A stretch of 41,700 nucleotides of DNA, from the NCBI GenBank assembly GCA_023265395.1, contig JAHFTX010000028.1:1-41700 (forward strand), read 5' to 3'. Source of the DNA: Thermoplasmata archaeon (GTDB lineage Archaea; Thermoplasmatota; DTKX01; JAHFTX01). Shown here one piece after another: positions 36,527 through 41,700 of this stretch (positions are counted from its first letter, which is position 1; every line of letters begins with the position of its first letter). Below the pieces are notes generated by a model. That model saw nothing but the letters and a program-made list of their open reading frames with translations, was not told the origin of the DNA and did no database searches. The translations under genes were made by a program, and so were the position numbers.

Positions 36527-37597
36527 ATGGCCTACGACCTTGCGGTCTGCGGCAACGTCGTGGTCGACGTCATCGCCCCGGTCTCGGCGGCGATCACGCC
36601 GGGGCATCAGCACTTCACCCGTAGCCCGGTGATCCCCTCCATCGGCGGCAACGGCGCCAACACCGCCGTCGCCGCCGCGTGGCTGGGCCTGCGGACGGAG
36701 CTCTACGGCGGCATCGGCGACGACCTGTGGGGCCGATGGCTGACGACGCAGCTCAAGGAGGCCGCGCCCTCGCTCCGTCTGCGCCTGGTGCCCTCGAAGT
36801 ACCCCACCTCCGCCTCGGTGGTCATCGGTGAGGCCTCGGGGGATCGCACGCCGCTGCACTCGGTCGGCGCCGGGATCGCCCTCGAGGGACGCCACCTGCC
36901 CGATGTGCGGCTGCGCGAGGGCCGCTGGCTCCACCTGTGCTCGACCTTCCTGCTGCCGCGCCTCGACGCAGCCGCCAGCGCGCAGCTGCTGGCACGGGCG
37001 CAGCGGGCCAACATGGTCACGTCGGTCGACCTGGCCTGGGACCCGTCGGGCCGCTTCGAGCTCGGGGAGCTGCCACGCTACACCGACCTGCTGCTGGCCA
37101 ACCTCGAGGAGGGCATCGCGGTCACCGGGGCGCACGAGGAGAAGGAGGTGCTCCAGCGGCTCCTCGACAGCGGTCCGGAGGTGGTGGTGCTCAAGCTCGG
37201 CGCTGCCGGCTGCCTGCTTGGCAGCCAGAAGGGCGAGAGCTTCCACGTCCCCCCCTTCCCCGCCGAGGTGGTCGACTCCACCGGTGCCGGGGACGTCTTC
37301 TCCGCCGCGATGGTGGCCTTCCTGCTGCAGCACCTCTATGCGCGCACAGCCGACCGCAAGCGCATCCGGCCGACGTCGAGCGCCAAGGGACTGCGCGCCC
37401 CCTCGCCGCTGGAGTCGGTGGCCCCCGACCATCTCAAGCGCGCCGCGCTGTTGGCCAACGCTGCCGGGGCGATCTGCGTGGGGGGCCTGGGAGGACTGGG
37501 CACCCGTCTGTCCCAGCGGTCGGTGCTCGACTTCCTCCGCAAGCACCGACAGGTGATGCAGCTCTACAGCGGCTCCAGCAGCGGAAAGGGCGCTTGA
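36527..37597 (+). CDS. PfkB-family carbohydrate/nucleoside kinase (ribokinase-like)
   Basis: LAVCGNVVVDVI, GGNGANTAVAAAWLG, and the C-terminal DSTGAGDVFSAAMVAFLL carrying the catalytic Asp of the anion hole. Confidence 0.8.
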   Translation: MAYDLAVCGNVVVDVIAPVSAAITPGHQHFTRSPVIPSIGGNGANTAVAAAWLGLRTELYGGIGDDLWGRWLTTQLKEAAPSLRLRLVPSKYPTSASVVIGEASGDRTPLHSVGAGIALEGRHLPDVRLREGRWLHLCSTFLLPRLDAAASAQLLARAQRANMVTSVDLAWDPSGRFELGELPRYTDLLLANLEEGIAVTGAHEEKEVLQRLLDSGPEVVVLKLGAAGCLLGSQKGESFHVPPFPAEVVDSTGAGDVFSAAMVAFLLQHLYARTADRKRIRPTSSAKGLRAPSPLESVAPDHLKRAALLANAAGAICVGGLGGLGTRLSQRSVLDFLRKHRQVMQLYSGSSSGKGA

Positions 37598-37657
37598 GCA
37601 TCAGCGCTGAGAACGACGCAGGACCGCTTATCCTGCTCCTGGAGCAGACCCGCGCGG

Positions 37658-38212
37658 ATGCTCCGCCCGCTGCAGACGGTCAAGAAGGTCTGCGTGCTGG
37701 GACCCGCGGGGGTGGGGAAGAGCTCGCTCGTCGCGCGGCTGCTCGACCCGGCAGCACCCTTGGCGAGCGCACCGACTCCCAGCGCCGTCGTCTCCCGCAT
37801 CTCGCTGGAGGTCCTCCCGCCCGTGCCAGGGTTCCAAGGGATCGTCGTCACCCTGCTGCTCTTCGACCTGCCGGCAGAGCAGCTGCAGCCCCGCCTGCGA
37901 CAGTCCTACTACATCGGCGCCGAGGGTGCGATCGTCGTCGCTGACGCTTCGGATCCCGCGAGCCTGGGACAGTCCGTACGGTGGATCCATGACTTCCATG
38001 AGGTGGCCGGGGACAAGCCGGTGCTGCTGCTGGCCAACAAGGTCGACGCCCTGCGCGACTTTTCGCTCGTGGACCATACGACCCACCCGCCGCACCTGCG
38101 CCAGCCCTACGGCGGTCTGCGGCCACACCTCGTCTCGGCCCTGACCACCGCCACCCTCCGGCCCGCGATCGAGGAGTTCGTGCGGCGGATCGTCACCACC
38201 AATCCCTTCTGA
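37658..38212 (+). CDS. Ras-superfamily small GTPase with atypical G3 motif (MglA-like?)
   Basis: G1 is VCVLGPAGVGKSSL, G4 is LLANKVD and G5 is VSAL. The G3 position reads LLFDLPAEQ instead of DxxGQ. Confidence 0.6.
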   Translation: MLRPLQTVKKVCVLGPAGVGKSSLVARLLDPAAPLASAPTPSAVVSRISLEVLPPVPGFQGIVVTLLLFDLPAEQLQPRLRQSYYIGAEGAIVVADASDPASLGQSVRWIHDFHEVAGDKPVLLLANKVDALRDFSLVDHTTHPPHLRQPYGGLRPHLVSALTTATLRPAIEEFVRRIVTTNPF

Positions 38213-38230
38213 GCGTCGCCCGCGAATCGG

Positions 38231-38238
38231 TTAAATAG
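38231..38238 (+). promoter_or_regulatory. TATA box (TTAAATAG) upstream of tRNA-Thr
   Basis: GGTTAAATAGCC lies about 30-35 nt upstream of the tRNA 5' end. Confidence 0.5.
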
Positions 38239-38266
38239 CCACTGCCGCTTGGCCGGCGAGCCATCT

Positions 38267-38340
38267 GCCGCTGTAGCTCAGCCCAGTAGAGCGCGTCCTT
38301 GGTAAGGACGAGGTCGAGGGAGCGAAGCCCTCCAGCGGCT
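38267..38340 (+). tRNA. tRNA-Thr (anticodon GGU) with non-canonical D- and T-loops
   Basis: Hand-folded cloverleaf with perfect stems. Acceptor GCCGCTG/CAGCGGC, D-stem GCTC/GAGC, anticodon stem CGTCC/GGACG with loop TTGGTAA (GGT), 5-nt variable loop, T-stem GAGGG/CCCTC. The T-loop reads AGCGAAG rather than TTCRANY and the D-loop lacks GG. Confidence 0.55.
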
Positions 38341-38345
38341 CTCTG

Positions 38346-41300
38346 CTACGCGTACCCGTCCTCGTCGCTGGGACTGGTCTGCGCCGCGACCTTCCCCGTC
38401 GGGTCATAGGTCCCTTCGCGTTCGACCAGTTGTCGCGAGGTGATGGGGGCGTTGCGCGCTCTGGTAGCGCCCCGCGCCGTCGCTGGCGAGGGCGCCGTCG
38501 TCTGCGGCGCACGCTTGCGACGCAGGGCGACCAGGGCAAGGAGGGCGACCACCGCCAGCAGGATCGCCGCAGCGGCAAGGAGCACGCTGCTCGGACCCGT
38601 GGGCGGCGTCGACTCATCGGTCGGTGGGATGAGGGCGCGCACCTGCAGGTGCAACCGCTGGATTCCCTGGGCGCCCTGTTGGTCGGTCACGGTCAATTGG
38701 ACCTCCACCAGGCCGCTGCCACTGAACCGATGACTGACGGTCGAACCGTTGGGAGCTGCGCCATCGTCGCCAAAGCGCCACGCGAAGTGGACCACCTCGC
38801 CGTCGGGATCGCGGCTCGATGTGCCGTTGAGCTGCAGCACGGTCCCTGAATCGATGTGGTCGGGCAGCCCGGTGATCAGCGCCGTCGGAGCTTGGTTGGC
38901 GACCCGCAGCTCGACGACCGAACGGTCGCTGGCCCCGTCATCGTCCGTGACGACCAGCGTCACCTTGTGGTAGCCGGGGCGCGAGAAGGCATGCCAGGGG
39001 TTGACCTCGTCACTGACGACGCCGTCGCCGAAGTCCCAGGCGAAGGTCAGGGCGGTCTGTGGGTCGTCGGGGTCCGCCGAGGCCGCACCCAGGAATGGCA
39101 CCTTGGTGCGGCTGACGAGCAGCCCCGCTGCGGCACCGTCGAGGCTCGCCACCGCCGTCGGCGGCAGGTTCTCCACCACCAGGCGCGCGTGCAGCTCCGT
39201 GCGCAGGGGTTCGGTGCCGTCGACGAAGTGCAACGTCGCCGTCACTTCGTACGCCCCATCGTGCTCGAAGAGGCGCGTGACCGAGACTCCCTGGTCGGTG
39301 CCGCCATCGCTGAAGCGCCACGTCACCGTCTCGATGCTGCCGTTCGAGAGGTGCACCGCCAACGTCACCGGGGTGCGGACGGTCGGGTGCGCAGGCCCGA
39401 TCAGGATTGTCCCAGACGGGAGCGCCTCGAGCACGTCGACCACCGAGGTCAGCTCGACGGTGCGGCCCGCCCGGTCGCTGACCGTCGCCCGCACGTTGGC
39501 GTAACCGATCGCACCAGGGGTGACGGTCATCGTCGGCCCGCTCCCGATAACGGGAGGAGGGGTGGGCCCGTCGGCTGGTACGAAATCGACCTGCCAGGCG
39601 ATGTCCAACGACGAGAGCGGGTCATCAGGGTCGGAGAGGTTGGCCAAGGCCAGCTCCAGCGGTTCCCCCACGTGGGCCTTTGGGGGCACGAGCAGGTGCG
39701 CCGAGGGGGGGGCGTCGCTCGGCCACACCTTGAGCAACCGATCGTTGTCGGGATTGGGGTCGCTCAGCAGTTGCACTGGCTCGATCTGCGCGATCACCGT
39801 CAGCAATCCTGCGGCCACCGACAACGGCAGGCGCACCGTCTGTGATCCGATCGTCGGCGGCGAGACCTCGATGACGAACTCCCCCAGGGCAACCGATGGC
39901 GGGGTCCCATTGGCGCCGCTGGGCGGCTGGAGGGTGAGGTTGAAGCGGACGCTGATCGCTTGAGGGAGCACCGACACCTGCGGGATGGTCAGATTGGCGG
40001 CGATGGCCTCGGGCGTCTCCCCCCACAGCGGCGGCTCCTCGACTCGAAGGTCGGAGAGCCCAAAGTCTGCAGCCTGGACCGGGAGCGTCCGCAGGACCAA
40101 CATCTCCAGGGAGAGCTCCGGCCTCGGAGAATCTCCCGACCACCCCAACCAGAGCCCATCGAAGGCGACCTCGACCTGCAAGAAGGCGCCCTCGGCCGCC
40201 AGCAGCGCAAAGCGCACGGGCTCGGCCTCCCCAACCGTTTCATCGCCGCCATCGGGCGTGATGGCAGAGAGGCGCGCCCAGGGCCCCCAGGTGGAACCAT
40301 CGGGGCTCGAGCGCATCTGGACGCTGACGCGGTAGTCAGCAACTGAGAGCCCACCGTGATGGAGGAGGGTCAGATCCCATCCTCGGCCGAGGTCTGGCGA
40401 CGAGAGGGCGGGACTCCGGTAGCTTGCATTGGTGACGGTCGCGACCTCCACCAGCGAGATGTTGTCGATCCACAGCTCTTCGACCTCCCCGACCGGGAGG
40501 TCGAGCGGGCGCACCCCGATCGTCAGGGATTCGAGCTGCTGGTTCTGGGGTTGGTGGATGGGCAGTTGCACGTGTACCCAGCCCGAAGGGTCGGGCGCCT
40601 CTCGGACGACTGGTGCGATCGGTCCGGCTGCGGTGTACCCATTCCAACCCTGCGTCGTGCTCATCAGGCCGACATCGAGTTCTTCGAGCGGTCCATCGCT
40701 CCGGACATCAAGGCCGATCCAGGCGAATCGGTGGCGATAGAAGTCGATGGGAGACTGGGCGTTGAGGGTGATCGACACATAAGTCTGGGGGAATGGGGTC
40801 TCGGAGACGTGGTCCCAGGCGGCGTGGACGACCCGCGGGCCGTTGGTCCCATCGGCCACCGGCTGGCTCATGGTGCAGTTGAGGTCCGCCGTGCAGGTGG
40901 AGGACCACGAGGCGTCTTCCTCCAAGTCCAGCAAGGGCCAGAGGACCGGGGCTTGGCCCGGACGCAACCCGCCCCATGGGGCACCGGGTCGGGTCATGTT
41001 GGTCCCCTCGCCCTGCCACTGGGGCCCCAGCAGGTCCAGCACCGTCGGCTCCAGCCCTGCCGGCTCGTCTTGGAGCAGGCTGAACATCGCCTCCCGTAAC
41101 GATTCAAGGAATAGGGCGTCGCTCCAGAGCGTCCCGGCGTCAAAGTCGCCTATCGCCCCCTGGCCTTCCCGAGCCCCTTGCTGGGCGAAGCGGTGGGCGA
41201 CGGTCGGACCGTAGGTCTGCTCGATCAGCCGCAGGTAGGCCAGGTCTTGCCGCCCACGCTGGTGCACCCAAAGGTCGGTGCTCCCGGCCAGCTGCCGATC

Positions 41301-41645
41301 TGGATCATCGTGGACCCCGCCGACCCGCAGTGCGAGCGGGAAGAGCAAACTCTCGTCAGCCCACGAGAACCGATTCGGTTCCATCCAGACCCCGTTGGCG
41401 CGACGCAGGTTGGAGCCTTGGGGGATGAAGAGACCCTCCGCTCCGGTCTCATACGCCGCCCAGTAGCTCGTCCGCAAGGATGTAGGGAGGGAATCGATCG
41501 ACCCTGGGGTCGGTGTGTACCATTGGCGATGCGCCTCGTTGAGCGAGGTCTCCTCATCGCGAGAGAGCCCATCGATGGTGGTGGCGATGTCGGTGTCGAT
41601 CCCAAGCAAGCGTTCGGTCGCCACTCCGTGGGTGAGCAGGCGCAA
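38346..41645 (-). CDS. large surface protein with at least 3 PKD domains, a C-terminal TM anchor and a basic cytoplasmic tail; the N-terminal about 500 aa are unassigned
   Basis: PKD signatures are FAWRFGDDGAAPNGS...LVEVQLTVTDQQG, FAWDFGDGVVSDEVN...YHKVTLVVTDDDGASD and WRFSDGGTDQG...YEVTATLHF. TM is VLLAAAAILLAVVALLALVALRRKR. There is no signal peptide at Met 41645, and an in-frame stop lies immediately upstream. The gene starts 55 nt from the window edge. Confidence 0.65.
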   Translation of the reverse strand: MRLLTHGVATERLLGIDTDIATTIDGLSRDEETSLNEAHRQWYTPTPGSIDSLPTSLRTSYWAAYETGAEGLFIPQGSNLRRANGVWMEPNRFSWADESLLFPLALRVGGVHDDPDRQLAGSTDLWVHQRGRQDLAYLRLIEQTYGPTVAHRFAQQGAREGQGAIGDFDAGTLWSDALFLESLREAMFSLLQDEPAGLEPTVLDLLGPQWQGEGTNMTRPGAPWGGLRPGQAPVLWPLLDLEEDASWSSTCTADLNCTMSQPVADGTNGPRVVHAAWDHVSETPFPQTYVSITLNAQSPIDFYRHRFAWIGLDVRSDGPLEELDVGLMSTTQGWNGYTAAGPIAPVVREAPDPSGWVHVQLPIHQPQNQQLESLTIGVRPLDLPVGEVEELWIDNISLVEVATVTNASYRSPALSSPDLGRGWDLTLLHHGGLSVADYRVSVQMRSSPDGSTWGPWARLSAITPDGGDETVGEAEPVRFALLAAEGAFLQVEVAFDGLWLGWSGDSPRPELSLEMLVLRTLPVQAADFGLSDLRVEEPPLWGETPEAIAANLTIPQVSVLPQAISVRFNLTLQPPSGANGTPPSVALGEFVIEVSPPTIGSQTVRLPLSVAAGLLTVIAQIEPVQLLSDPNPDNDRLLKVWPSDAPPSAHLLVPPKAHVGEPLELALANLSDPDDPLSSLDIAWQVDFVPADGPTPPPVIGSGPTMTVTPGAIGYANVRATVSDRAGRTVELTSVVDVLEALPSGTILIGPAHPTVRTPVTLAVHLSNGSIETVTWRFSDGGTDQGVSVTRLFEHDGAYEVTATLHFVDGTEPLRTELHARLVVENLPPTAVASLDGAAAGLLVSRTKVPFLGAASADPDDPQTALTFAWDFGDGVVSDEVNPWHAFSRPGYHKVTLVVTDDDGASDRSVVELRVANQAPTALITGLPDHIDSGTVLQLNGTSSRDPDGEVVHFAWRFGDDGAAPNGSTVSHRFSGSGLVEVQLTVTDQQGAQGIQRLHLQVRALIPPTDESTPPTGPSSVLLAAAAILLAVVALLALVALRRKRAPQTTAPSPATARGATRARNAPITSRQLVEREGTYDPTGKVAAQTSPSDEDGYA

Positions 41646-41700
41646 CTCGGGTGCTCCCTGCCGGAGGGCCGCGGCGATCTGCGCATCCCGGTCGGTCGGG

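Noticed and set aside
38267-38340. Reverse-strand reading of the tRNA region as tRNA-Gly (anticodon ACC in the symmetric hairpin)
   Set aside because: Only the anticodon stem is shared. The reverse strand does not give acceptor, D or T stems, whereas the + strand gives a complete cloverleaf.
1-41700. CRISPR arrays, IS elements, integrases, prophage genes, rRNA genes
   Set aside because: No spaced direct repeats, transposase/integrase motifs (DDE, R..H..R..Y) or rRNA-like conserved stretches were seen. The only tandem repeats are the protein-coding ones at 36217-36308 and the codon-level low complexity in 20650-20900.

Overview
The window is GC-rich (roughly two-thirds or more G+C by eye; not computed) and densely coding. 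I read it as archaeal. The reasons are an archaeal type IV pilin-like precursor with a class III signal peptide, a PibD/FlaK-type prepilin peptidase, KaiC-like single-domain ATPases, topoisomerase IA with C-terminal zinc ribbons, and TTATATA/TTAAATA-type TATA boxes about 25-45 nt upstream of several starts. The proteins are not strongly acidic, so it does not look haloarchaeal.

Core metabolism genes are carAB (overlapping), a glyA-like serine hydroxymethyltransferase, sucCD, a PfkB kinase, carbamate kinase with a divergent M20 amidohydrolase-like gene, an MtnX-like HAD phosphatase, AMMECR1, an SPFH/band-7 protein, a VOC/glyoxalase protein, topA and one tRNA-Thr(GGU).

Interleaved with these are accessory-looking genes. 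Four are large cell-surface proteins with PKD/CARDB/ConA-like domains and C-terminal TM anchors. One is a ~1400-aa single-pass protein with an extracellular FG-GAP beta-propeller and tandem cytoplasmic winged-helix DNA-binding domains. There is a cluster of prepilin peptidase / KaiC-like ATPase / P-loop-less KaiC paralog / pilin, a phospholipid-scramblase-like protein with a eukaryote-like Pro/Gln/Tyr-rich N-terminus, and a Ras/MglA-like small GTPase.

The many long Arg/Ala/Gly/Pro-rich ORFs in alternative frames and antisense to real genes are high-GC artefacts and were rejected. No CRISPR array, IS element, integrase or rRNA was seen. Coordinates derived by counting along sequence lines may be off by 1.
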